Below, piece after piece: positions 29,390 through 38,214 of a DNA stretch of 64,000 nucleotides (its first letter is position 1; the number at the start of each line of letters is the position of its first letter). The stretch is from the NCBI GenBank assembly GCA_041662565.1, contig JBAZSE010000003.1, positions 44,260-108,259 on the forward strand, read 5' to 3'. A program made the translations under genes and the position numbers. The stretch comes from Patescibacteria group bacterium (lineage in GTDB: Bacteria > Patescibacteriota > Patescibacteriia > UBA1558 > UBA10009). The notes below the pieces were generated by a model that saw only the letters and a program-made list of their open reading frames with translations, was not told the origin of the DNA and did no database searches.

Positions 29390-30843
29390 ACCCTTTTAAA
29401 AACACTTTGTAAAAATATAACAACCTCTTCTTTGCTAATGCCTTTAAATAACCATAGAATCAATAAATAAATAAGCGCGCCGATTGGCACCAGAACGATA
29501 AAGCTGATAGCGGGCAAAAGATAAATAATATATAAATACATAGCCAATCCGGCCAGCAAAGAAACTCCTAATTTTTTAAGCAAAAAACTATAGTTGATAA
29601 CCACAATTTGTTTGGCCACAATCATTTGTAAAACAAACATTAAAACAGTGCTAACACTTGATGCTATGGCCGCGCCGATAAAACTAAAACGCGGAATCAA
29701 AATCAAGTTTAAAATAATATTAACTACCATGGTAATGCCGATATTTATAGTGTTGCGCGTTTGCCTATCACAGGCATTTAACAATGCACCCAAAGGAAAA
29801 TTTAAAAACAAAAACGGCAATGAAGAAATTAAAATCTGCAGAGCCAGTACCGAGGGCAAATATTCGGCCGTATATATTTTAAAAATCAGGGGTTGAGCAA
29901 TAGCAATAACGCCAAAAGTTACCGGCATGGCGATTAAACCAAGATAAACCATACCTCTGGCAAAATATTTAGCCAGCAGTTGCTTATTGGAAACAAAGTA
30001 GCTGGAAAAAGCCGGATACAACGAAGCAATAAAAGCCATAGGAATAAACTGCAAAGAAAAAGTCAGCTTATAGGGCAAGCTGTAATAGCCAACTGCTTCG
30101 GGCCCGGCTAATTGATGCAAAAAAACCGTATCAATATAGGCATAGACCTTGGTAAATATCGCTGCCAAGGCAAAAGGAATTGTAAAGATTACCAATGATT
30201 TAATAATGCTTTTATCAAAGGCCTTAAAAAATTTCAAACCCAATTTAACTTTTAGTAAAATTCCCGAATAAATAAAATTAAACAAGCTGGCAATAAGAAT
30301 AGCTAAGATTAAAATTCTTAAATCCTGGGTTAAATTGACGATTATCACGCCGGAAATAAAAACAATCAACTGAAAAATTATTGTACCGATGGCCTCGAAC
30401 TGTAAATTTTGCCTGCCTCGCAAAAAAGCGTAAAAAGTTAAGGTAAACGAATCAACCAACATAATCAAACCTGATAAATAAACCAATTGCCTAACCAATT
30501 CTTTATCCGATAAAAAATTTATGGCAATTATTGTTGCCGTGTAGGTGAGCAAAGCCAACGGAATTTTTAACGCCATTACCGCGCCCAAATATTGCTGACA
30601 TTTATCTTTAAATTTGGCCGCTTCTCTGATTAACACGTTAGCAAGACCTAGATCAATAAAAACGGCAAAGATAGTTGTAAAGGATAAAGCAAATGTATAA
30701 CTACCTAAATTACCAGCACCAAGCTTAACGGCAATGTAAGAAAAATAAATAAAGCTGATTAACTTTTGCAACACCAATGCTAAAGTAAATAAGCTGGTAT
30801 TTCGAGCTATTTTGTTCTCAGAATATTCCATAAACTTCAGCAT
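29386..30843 (-). CDS. Wzx-type polysaccharide flippase
   Basis: IARN, DLGL, YIDT, VGYY, LNLILIP..GAAIA; many TMs. Confidence 0.9.
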   Translation of the reverse strand: MLKFMEYSENKIARNTSLFTLALVLQKLISFIYFSYIAVKLGAGNLGSYTFALSFTTIFAVFIDLGLANVLIREAAKFKDKCQQYLGAVMALKIPLALLTYTATIIAINFLSDKELVRQLVYLSGLIMLVDSFTLTFYAFLRGRQNLQFEAIGTIIFQLIVFISGVIIVNLTQDLRILILAILIASLFNFIYSGILLKVKLGLKFFKAFDKSIIKSLVIFTIPFALAAIFTKVYAYIDTVFLHQLAGPEAVGYYSLPYKLTFSLQFIPMAFIASLYPAFSSYFVSNKQLLAKYFARGMVYLGLIAMPVTFGVIAIAQPLIFKIYTAEYLPSVLALQILISSLPFLFLNFPLGALLNACDRQTRNTINIGITMVVNIILNLILIPRFSFIGAAIASSVSTVLMFVLQMIVAKQIVVINYSFLLKKLGVSLLAGLAMYLYIIYLLPAISFIVLVPIGALIYLLILWLFKGISKEEVVIFLQSVFKRV

Positions 30844-30937
30844 ATTATAACAAAAATATTGCTTTTTGGCAAAAATTTATTTGACCGATATACTTGATTT
30901 ATTTGAAAAAAACTGTTATAATTATTTTTACTTTAAT

Positions 30938-31909
30938 ATGGAAAATTTTTGGACAAAACTAAAAAAACCGATTGTCGCTCTTGCACCCATGTGCGGCGTG
31001 ACTGATTTGCCGTTCAGATTAATTTGCCATAATTACGGGGCTGATGTTGTTTATTCCGAAATGACCATGGTGCAGGCCTTGGCCCACAAAGGCAAAAAAA
31101 CCATGGATATGGTAAAAATTTTAGATGCCGAACGACCGGTAATTATCCAGCTTGGCGGCAATGATCCTGAATTATTTTATAAAGCCGCCCAAGTAGTGGC
31201 TGATGAAATTGGACCCAATGGTATTGATATCAACTTCGGTTGTCCGGCAAAAAAAGTAGCCGGCCACGGTAGTGGCGTTTCTTTATTAAGAGATCTTGAA
31301 AAATCCTATCAAATAATCCAAGCCACAATCGAGGGAGCGCATGGTTTGCCAGTTTCTTTTAAAACCAGAACTCAAATCAAATCAACCGATAAATGCTCTG
31401 TGCATTGCAGCTTGGAATTGATTGAAAAAGTTAAAGATTTACCGGTGGCCGCGATTATGATTCATGGTAGGTCATTTGAAGCACCTTGGGTAGAAGAAGT
31501 TGATTATGATTATATTAAACAAGTTAGAAAACAGTTTAAAGGAATTTTACTGGCTAATGGCGGACTTTACGACCCGCAAAAAGTTAAAGAAGTTTTGGAA
31601 TTAACCGGTGCGGATGGGGTGGGTATTGCTCATGGTGTTTACGGTAGGCCATGGATTTTTAATCAAATTAAAGAATACTTAAAAACAGGTCAATTTACCG
31701 ATTTAAGCTGGCCTCAAAAGCGTAAAATTGCTCTAGAACACGCGCAGGTGGCATTTGAGACAAAAGGTACCCATGGGTTGCTGGAATTGCGCAAACAGCT
31801 CTTATGGTACGTTAAAGGGCTTACCAATGCTACAAACTACAGGCAAAGTTTGGTAACATTAAATACTTTGGAAGAAATTGAACAAGCGCTGATGAATATA
31901 GAGAGTTAG
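30938..31909 (+). CDS. dusB: tRNA-dihydrouridine synthase
   Basis: LAPMCGVTDLPFR, IDINFGCP, IHGR, ANGG, GRPWIF. Confidence 0.9.
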   Translation: MENFWTKLKKPIVALAPMCGVTDLPFRLICHNYGADVVYSEMTMVQALAHKGKKTMDMVKILDAERPVIIQLGGNDPELFYKAAQVVADEIGPNGIDINFGCPAKKVAGHGSGVSLLRDLEKSYQIIQATIEGAHGLPVSFKTRTQIKSTDKCSVHCSLELIEKVKDLPVAAIMIHGRSFEAPWVEEVDYDYIKQVRKQFKGILLANGGLYDPQKVKEVLELTGADGVGIAHGVYGRPWIFNQIKEYLKTGQFTDLSWPQKRKIALEHAQVAFETKGTHGLLELRKQLLWYVKGLTNATNYRQSLVTLNTLEEIEQALMNIES

Positions 31910-31932
31910 GCGCGCCGCATAAAAATGACAAC

Positions 31933-31965
31933 AAAAAATCCGTCAATTGATTTCGACGGATTTTT
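31933..31965. terminator. Bidirectional terminator between dusB and rpsI
   Basis: AAAAAATCCGTC...GACGGATTTTT. Confidence 0.75.
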
Positions 31966-31974
31966 AAATTTATA

Positions 31975-32523
31975 TTAACGTTTGGCAAATTGCGGCGCGC
32001 GTCTGGCTCTCTTTAAGCCCGGTTTCTTGCGTTCTTTCTTACGAGAATCTCTGGTTAGCAAGCCATCACCTTTTAAGGTTTTTCTTAAAGTTTCATCAAA
32101 TTTTAAAATCACTCTGGCTAAGCCGTGTCTAACCGCTTCGGCCTGAGATTTTATGCCGCCACCAGCAAGTTTAACGGTAATAAAGTACTTGCCGAGCATA
32201 TCCACCTTTTTTAAGGTTTGTTCAACGATCAATTGATATTCGGAGTAAGGAAAGCGTGTTTTATAATCAACTCCATCAACGATAAAATCGGTTCTTTCAT
32301 CTTTGGGATAAAATCTAACTCTGGCCACGGCGGTTTTACGCTTGCCCACGCTGTAAAGATAAGGCAGCTTTTTGCCTTTTTTGGCCTCTGATTCATCGTG
32401 ATGAATCGGTTTGCCCTGTTTGGCCTCGGCTTTGATTTCAATTAAAGCCGCTTCTTTAACTTCCGCTTTAACCGGAGCTTTTTTTCTGGCCGGCTTGGCT
32501 GTTTTTTCCGTAATACTGGTCAT
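31975..32523 (-). CDS. rpsI: 30S ribosomal protein S9 (with ~50-aa N-terminal extension)
   Basis: GKRKTAVARV, GGG, LTRD..ERKKPGL, RAPQFAKR. Confidence 0.97.
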   Translation of the reverse strand: MTSITEKTAKPARKKAPVKAEVKEAALIEIKAEAKQGKPIHHDESEAKKGKKLPYLYSVGKRKTAVARVRFYPKDERTDFIVDGVDYKTRFPYSEYQLIVEQTLKKVDMLGKYFITVKLAGGGIKSQAEAVRHGLARVILKFDETLRKTLKGDGLLTRDSRKKERKKPGLKRARRAPQFAKR

Positions 32524-32538
32524 AAAAAATTTATCAGT

Positions 32539-32898
32539 TTATTTGTTTAAATGCAGCCGTTTAAGCATCTTGGGCCTAAGCTTGTTTTTTGGCAGCATGT
32601 TGGAAATAATTCTTTTAAAAACCTTGCAGGGGTCGTTTTCAAAACTTTTAGCTAAAGGCGTTGTTTTAAGGCCCCCTGGATAACCAGAAAAAGTGCGGGT
32701 AACATTATCAATCATTTTTTTACCGGTAAACTTTAACTTAGAAACATTGGTAATTTCCACCGTTGCGCCATGATCATAGTTAGGGCGATAGCTAGCCACG
32801 TTTTTACCCATCAATAAAATGGCAACCTTGGTGGCTAAGCGTCCGGCAACCTGATCTGTGGCATCCAGTAAATATTTGGCTCTTACTATATTTAACAT
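32539..32898 (-). CDS. rplM: 50S ribosomal protein L13
   Basis: DATDQVAGRLA, LMGK, SGYPGGL, MLPKN. Confidence 0.95.
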   Translation of the reverse strand: MLNIVRAKYLLDATDQVAGRLATKVAILLMGKNVASYRPNYDHGATVEITNVSKLKFTGKKMIDNVTRTFSGYPGGLKTTPLAKSFENDPCKVFKRIISNMLPKNKLRPKMLKRLHLNK

Positions 32899-32930
32899 AA
32901 ATTTATAAATCTGATATTGCTTAAACAAAA

Positions 32931-33281
32931 CTAAACCAGTTCAATTTGGACCATATCGGCGTTATCGCCCAACCTGTGGCCTAATTTAATAATTCTCAAA
33001 TAACCTCCGCTGCGTTCTTTATATTTTGGTCCTAAAACTTCAAAAACTTTGCTCACTGCTTTTTTTATAGGCAATTTAGCCAAGAGCAAACGGCGGTTGG
33101 ACAAATTATCAACTTTGCCTCTGGTAATAACTTTTTCCACCAACGGCTTAATGGCGTGCGCCTTGGCCTGGGTAGTGGTAATTTTTTCGTATAAAATAAC
33201 CTGGCAAATCAAGCCGTTGAGCAGGGCCTGGCGAGGAGCTTTAGCCCGGCTTAATGTAATTTTTTTCTTGCGGTGTCGCAT
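32931..33281 (-). CDS. rplQ: 50S ribosomal protein L17
   Basis: MRHR, ITTTQAKA, RSGGYLRI, RLGDNA. Confidence 0.97.
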   Translation of the reverse strand: MRHRKKKITLSRAKAPRQALLNGLICQVILYEKITTTQAKAHAIKPLVEKVITRGKVDNLSNRRLLLAKLPIKKAVSKVFEVLGPKYKERSGGYLRIIKLGHRLGDNADMVQIELV

Positions 33282-33307
33282 AATGCTTATTGCTTATTCA
33301 ATATTCT

Positions 33308-34102
33308 TTATTCGCTTTTTTTGGTTCTGCCTTTTTTCTTAGCTTTTTTTTCTACTTCAACTTCTTCGCCATCAGCATCAACTGCTATCTTGCTCGGTTT
33401 AACAACTTCTTCAGCTTCAGCGGAATTTTCATAAACAAACATAAAATGCTTTAAGAGCAAATCGCTGGCTTCGGCAATTGCCGCTTTTGGAGTAACAGTT
33501 CCATCGGTTTCAATTTTTAAGACCAATCTTTCAAAATCAGTTCTTTCGCCTAAACGGATGTTTTCTACGTCAAAACCGACTTTGGTAAGTGGAGAATAAA
33601 TGGCATCAACCATAATGGTGCCTAAATCTACTTTTTCTTTGATCCTATCTTCCACAGTTACATAGCCGTAACCTTTTTCGGCCACTAATTCCATTTCAAA
33701 ATTAGCTCCCTTATCCGTTAACGTGGCGATAACTTCATCAGGATTGGCAATTTCTACCAAGGAATTTTTTTCAATATCCCCGGCAGTTACTATTTTTTCA
33801 CCCTTAACATGTAAATTTAAAATAACCGGTTCGTCGCTAAAAACATGCACGCGGATTTTTTTAACGTTAATGGAAATTTCCACGGCATCTTCTTTAACAA
33901 AGGGCAAAGAAGTAAATTCATGCGGCGCGCCTTTAAGTTTATAAGAAGTAATGGCCGAACCCTTAATAGATGAAAGCAAAACCCTTCTTAAAGCGTTGCC
34001 AATGGTAACACCGTAACCCGGATAGCACGGTTCAACTACCACAGTTGCCCGATTGCCTTTGGCTTCTTTAAACTCTAATTTTGTGGGAAGTAATATGCTC
34101 AT
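33308..34102 (-). CDS. rpoA: RNA polymerase alpha subunit (NTD only, no recognisable alpha-CTD)
   Basis: EPCYPGYGVTIGNALRRVLLSS, HEF, VDAIYSP, IETDGT; ends in an acidic/Lys tail. Confidence 0.96.
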   Translation of the reverse strand: MSILLPTKLEFKEAKGNRATVVVEPCYPGYGVTIGNALRRVLLSSIKGSAITSYKLKGAPHEFTSLPFVKEDAVEISINVKKIRVHVFSDEPVILNLHVKGEKIVTAGDIEKNSLVEIANPDEVIATLTDKGANFEMELVAEKGYGYVTVEDRIKEKVDLGTIMVDAIYSPLTKVGFDVENIRLGERTDFERLVLKIETDGTVTPKAAIAEASDLLLKHFMFVYENSAEAEEVVKPSKIAVDADGEEVEVEKKAKKKGRTKKSE

Positions 34103-34132
34103 ATTATTTTGCCCTCTTAATAATATTAAAAA

Positions 34133-34765
34133 CTAACGAGAATAAAATTCAATAATCAATGTGGCGTCAAATGGTGCGATTAAATCCGCCTTGGCCGGCA
34201 AACTAATAACTTTACCGGAAAAATCAGTAGGATTTAAAGCTACCCAACCTGGAGTTTCTACTTTAGCCAGCTTGGCAATTCTCTCCTGCCAATATTTTTT
34301 GCCTGCTCCGGTGGCGCCTAAGGTAATAATATCCCCTACCTTTAAATCATTACTGGGAATATGAGCTTTTTTGCCATTCAATAAAAAGTGCCCGTGGCTG
34401 ACCAATTGCCTGGCTTGATCACGGCTATCGGCAAAACCCAAACGGTAAACTATGTTGTCAAATCTGGTTTCCAATAATCTTAACAAATTTTCGGAAGTAT
34501 CTCCGGCCAATCGATTGGCTTTGACAAAATAATTATGGAATTCTTTTTCCAACAAACGGTAGATTTTTTTAGCTTTCTGCTTTTCACGTAACCTAATACC
34601 ATAGCCCGATAAACGCTTAGATTTCATGTTAGGGCCGTGCATGCCCGGAGGAAAAGGACGCTTAATAACCGGATTCTTGGGCAATAAATTTTTATCACCC
34701 TTTAAAAATAAGCTCATGCCTTCGCGCCTTTCCTGCTTTGATTTTGGACCTAGGTTTCTACCCAT
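34133..34765 (-). CDS. rpsD: 30S ribosomal protein S4
   Basis: PPGMHG, LREKQK, LETRFDN, ARQLVSHGH, IEFYSR. Confidence 0.97.
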   Translation of the reverse strand: MGRNLGPKSKQERREGMSLFLKGDKNLLPKNPVIKRPFPPGMHGPNMKSKRLSGYGIRLREKQKAKKIYRLLEKEFHNYFVKANRLAGDTSENLLRLLETRFDNIVYRLGFADSRDQARQLVSHGHFLLNGKKAHIPSNDLKVGDIITLGATGAGKKYWQERIAKLAKVETPGWVALNPTDFSGKVISLPAKADLIAPFDATLIIEFYSR

Positions 34766-34807
34766 ACGAGATAATTTAAAATATGAATTTTTAATTTAAA
34801 ATAAACC

Positions 34808-35218
34808 TTAAACTCTTCTTGGTTTTGGAGCCCTACAACCGTTATGAGGAATCGGGGTCATATCCTTAATGGAAACAACTTCCAAACCATTGGCGTGCAA
34901 TGCCCTGATAGCGCCTTCGCGGCCACTGCCAACGCCTTTAACAAAAACATCAACTTGCTGCAAGCCGATTTCTTTAAGCTTTTCCAACAAATTTTTAACT
35001 ATCACGCCGGCGGCATAAGGAGTGGATTTTTTAGGTCCCTTAAAACCGCAAGCTCCGGCCGAAGAAGCGCCAACAACATTACCCACCGTATCGGTAATGG
35101 TAATTATGGTGTTATTGTAAGTTGCCTGAATATGGGCTTGGCCACGTTTAAGAACGCGCTTGATTTTCTTCTTTTTTTTGTTTGCCGCTGCTGGAGCCGC
35201 TGATTTTACTTCCGCCAT
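34808..35218 (-). CDS. rpsK: 30S ribosomal protein S11
   Basis: [30 protein letters not shown]. Confidence 0.98.
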   Translation of the reverse strand: MAEVKSAAPAAANKKKKKIKRVLKRGQAHIQATYNNTIITITDTVGNVVGASSAGACGFKGPKKSTPYAAGVIVKNLLEKLKEIGLQQVDVFVKGVGSGREGAIRALHANGLEVVSIKDMTPIPHNGCRAPKPRRV

Positions 35219-35258
35219 CTTGATAATTGATTAATAAAATAATTAATTGCTAAATTGA

Positions 35259-35651
35259 TTAGGTTTTTTGGTTAGCGTCTTTTCTACCTGAACCCATGGT
35301 TCTTCTAACGTTACCTCTGACTGTCCGGGAATTTGTTTTAGTGCGTTGTCCGCGAACCGGTAAATTTCTTTGATGTCTGGTACCTCTAAAGCATTTTATT
35401 TCTTTAAGCCGTTTAATATTGGACATAACCTCACGCTTAAGCTCGCCTTCAACTTTAAAGCTTTTTTCAATATGTTCGCGCAAAGAGTTAGCTTCAGCTT
35501 CGGTTAAATTCTTGATTCTGGTATCTGGATTGATTTTTAAAGCGGCTAAAATCTTTTGGGAACGCGGTAAACCAATGCCATAAATGGCACGTAAACCGAC
35601 TTCCACTCTTTTTTCGTTAGGTAAAGTAACGCTTGCAATTCTGATAGCCAT
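35259..35651 (-). CDS. rpsM: 30S ribosomal protein S13
   Basis: [21 protein letters not shown]. Confidence 0.98.
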   Translation of the reverse strand: MAIRIASVTLPNEKRVEVGLRAIYGIGLPRSQKILAALKINPDTRIKNLTEAEANSLREHIEKSFKVEGELKREVMSNIKRLKEIKCFRGTRHQRNLPVRGQRTKTNSRTVRGNVRRTMGSGRKDANQKT

Positions 35652-35674
35652 ACTAAATTAATTTAAATTTATAT

Positions 35675-35788
35675 TTAACCTTGCCTTTGTTTATGCTTAG
35701 GCACTTTACATAAGCAAACAACCCGGCCCTTGCGCCTGGTTATTTTACAATCCTTGCAGATTTTTTTAACTGAAGTGCGTACTTTCAT
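35675..35788 (-). CDS. rpmJ: 50S ribosomal protein L36 (not in ORF track)
   Basis: [37 protein letters not shown]. Confidence 0.97.
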   Translation of the reverse strand: MKVRTSVKKICKDCKITRRKGRVVCLCKVPKHKQRQG

Positions 35789-35791
35789 ATG

Positions 35792-36028
35792 TTACATTCT
35801 AAATGTTATTCTGCCCTTGGTTAAATCGTAAGGAGTCATTTCCACTTTAACTTTATCCCCAGGCACCAAACGAATGTTAAACATCCGCATTTTACCGGAA
35901 AGATGAGTTAAAATTTCATGCCCATTATCCAATTTTACCCTAAAACTGGCCGCCGGCAGCAATTCTTCAATGGTGCCGATTGCCTCTATAAACCCCTTTT
36001 TATTGGATTTTGATTGTTCGTCTGACAT
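35792..36028 (-). CDS. infA: Translation initiation factor IF-1
   Basis: [35 protein letters not shown]. Confidence 0.98.
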   Translation of the reverse strand: MSDEQSKSNKKGFIEAIGTIEELLPAASFRVKLDNGHEILTHLSGKMRMFNIRLVPGDKVKVEMTPYDLTKGRITFRM

Positions 36029-36037
36029 TTATGGTAA

Positions 36038-36155
36038 CAAAAAAGGAATTCTCTATATCTGCCCGCCACTGTTTTAACCGTTTCTCGCGCTTGATAGAGA
36101 GATTTCCGCTAAAATAAGCTAATTTTTACTATTTGTAAATATCTAACAGCTTAAT
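36038..36155 (-). promoter_or_regulatory. Structured 5' leader of the infA-alpha operon (candidate cis-regulatory RNA)
   Basis: Minus strand: hairpin TAAGCTG..TAGCTTA, then stem GGAAATCTCTCTATC..GATATAGAGAATTCC followed by a T-run just before the infA ATG. Confidence 0.45.
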
Positions 36156-36161
36156 GGGTAT

Positions 36162-36189
36162 ATTCTACACTATCAAAAAAATATGTCAA
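36162..36189 (-). promoter_or_regulatory. Sigma70 promoter of infA operon
   Basis: TTGACA-16 nt-TAGAAT on the minus strand. Confidence 0.65.
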
Positions 36190-36206
36190 GAAGGCGGACC
36201 GGCCGG

Positions 36207-38162
36207 TTAGTTTTGGTCAAAATCAAAGGTAGCCGGATCGGCATTAGGCACCATTTTACCTTCTTTATAAACATAATTTTTATCTTTACCATAAGCAGAA
36301 TAATCAATTCCTTCAAAAGAGTCGTAATCAGCCCCAGCAACAACCTTATCATCAAAATAAATTACGTCTTTGCCCCTATAATAGCATCCCCTTTTTGCTA
36401 ATTCTTTAAAATTAGCAAAATCTTCATTTTCATATCTTAAAAGCTTTTGCGTGCCTCCGTTGGGAATGCACAAATAGTTCTGCATAATAAAAATTGCGTT
36501 TTTATCTTTATACTTATCATATGCTTCTTTAACAAATGTAACAGTATCCGCAAAAGGTATAATGGTTTTATAAAAAAATACATTATTTTTGTCCTTTGCG
36601 AACCCATCACCAACGACTTCAAAGCTGTCATAATCGGCATTAATAATTACTGGCGTTGGCCCTGGTAGGTAATAAATATTCCTTTTTCCTTTGGCATAGA
36701 CATGGTTGGATCCGAGGATTTTAATATCTTCAAAATTTTCATTATCAAATCTTAATAAACTGATACGCTGCTCGCCGATAAGTAGAAAAATAGAATCTTT
36801 GTCCTGATAATACGTTATTTCGTAATCACCGTAGCCCTTCAGCACGCCTTGTTTTTTCTCAAAACTAGTTGCGTCAGCTCCAGCTAAAATTTTTCCATAA
36901 GAGTAAATATTGTTATTATCTTTAGCAAGTGAATAATTAAAGATTTTAAAGCTATTTACGTCCGAACCTTCAATTTTTTGCACCTTAAAATAATTAAAAT
37001 TTTTGTCCTTGGCATATTCCGTCGCTTCACCATTATTATCTTTTATTACTTCAAAAGTTTCAAAATCAACTCCAGGTTGTGCAATCACAACGTCGTTCTC
37101 ACCCATTCCTCCGCCCATTGTTTTATATAGATTACTGTTATCATTCATATAACATTCTTCGTTGGTTTGTCTAAAACTCTGAACATCGGCGTTATTTATT
37201 GCCTGCCAACCCTCAGTGCTGCTATAAAAATAAACAAAATCCTGATCTTTGACAAAGCGGCATTTTTCATAAACAGTTAAAGTGCTTACGTTAAACAATT
37301 TTTTATCATGCAAATAGATAAAGTTTTTATCCAAAGCGTAGTCAAGATTATTATCTGTAGTTCTGGCTAATTTATCTAACTCCTCCGACTCGCCTTTGAT
37401 TAAAAGTTTAAAAGTGAGCAAATCTACGCCATTAATTATTTTAACCTGTGATCCTTTGTTCTTAAAGCCAATGTGGTAAGCATTGTTTTTATCCTTTACA
37501 TAACCAGTGGTATAACTTTTTGAGTTGTCATTTAAAAGTTCAAAGGTCTCGCCGTCAATTCCGCTAAGTATTTGATCATATTCATAAACATGATTTTTGT
37601 CTTTAGCAAAAATATTATTAACCATAACAAAGCTGGCTGGATCAGCTCCTTCGATTTTTTTTACTATATAGCCACGCATTTCTTTAGGCTTGTCTCCATC
37701 ATATTCAAAATAGTAATAAAAAACATTATTCTTATCTTTAAAATACTCCTTTTCAACTGCCAATCCAGCTTTTAAGCTTATTGTTTTTTCAACTTCGTCA
37801 ACAAATGAAAAGGTGGTGTAATCAATATTTTCTAGTTTTTTGCCGCCCAAATAGATATTATTTTTATCCTTAGCAAAACCAGCGACGGGCAAGGCCTTAA
37901 AAGTTTTAGGATCAGAACCGATAATGGGTTCACCGTATAAAGTAACATAATCGGCGTGCTTTAAATAACCCCTATCAGATCCGTAATAATCGTTTGGTTT
38001 ACCATCATTAATCGGCTGAAAAAAAATAAGCCAAACAAACCAAATAAAAAGAGGTACAGCTACCACTAAGGCGAAAGCCAAACAAAGGACGGTAAAAGCG
38101 TCCAATTTTATGCTGCTAATATATCCTCTGATTTTACACAGAAAGCTGTTTAAAAACTCCAT
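36207..38162 (-). CDS. DKNYY-family repeat protein, membrane anchored
   Basis: N-terminal TM; many (F/Y)AKDKN.(V/I)Y...GAD..(S/T)F repeats. Confidence 0.88.
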   Translation of the reverse strand: MEFLNSFLCKIRGYISSIKLDAFTVLCLAFALVVAVPLFIWFVWLIFFQPINDGKPNDYYGSDRGYLKHADYVTLYGEPIIGSDPKTFKALPVAGFAKDKNNIYLGGKKLENIDYTTFSFVDEVEKTISLKAGLAVEKEYFKDKNNVFYYYFEYDGDKPKEMRGYIVKKIEGADPASFVMVNNIFAKDKNHVYEYDQILSGIDGETFELLNDNSKSYTTGYVKDKNNAYHIGFKNKGSQVKIINGVDLLTFKLLIKGESEELDKLARTTDNNLDYALDKNFIYLHDKKLFNVSTLTVYEKCRFVKDQDFVYFYSSTEGWQAINNADVQSFRQTNEECYMNDNSNLYKTMGGGMGENDVVIAQPGVDFETFEVIKDNNGEATEYAKDKNFNYFKVQKIEGSDVNSFKIFNYSLAKDNNNIYSYGKILAGADATSFEKKQGVLKGYGDYEITYYQDKDSIFLLIGEQRISLLRFDNENFEDIKILGSNHVYAKGKRNIYYLPGPTPVIINADYDSFEVVGDGFAKDKNNVFFYKTIIPFADTVTFVKEAYDKYKDKNAIFIMQNYLCIPNGGTQKLLRYENEDFANFKELAKRGCYYRGKDVIYFDDKVVAGADYDSFEGIDYSAYGKDKNYVYKEGKMVPNADPATFDFDQN

Positions 38163-38181
38163 ATTTGTAGATTAACAACAA

Positions 38182-38209
38182 ATATTACTCTTTTTTACAA
38201 AGATGTCAA
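38182..38209 (-). promoter_or_regulatory. Sigma70 promoter of the DKNYY gene
   Basis: TTGACA-16 nt-TAATAT on the minus strand. Confidence 0.5.
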
Positions 38210-38214
38210 TAGTT

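Noticed and set aside
36207-38162. Repetitive DNA in the DKNYY gene as a possible CRISPR array
   Set aside because: The repeats are degenerate protein-level repeats in one open frame. There are no identical direct repeats with spacers and no cas genes.
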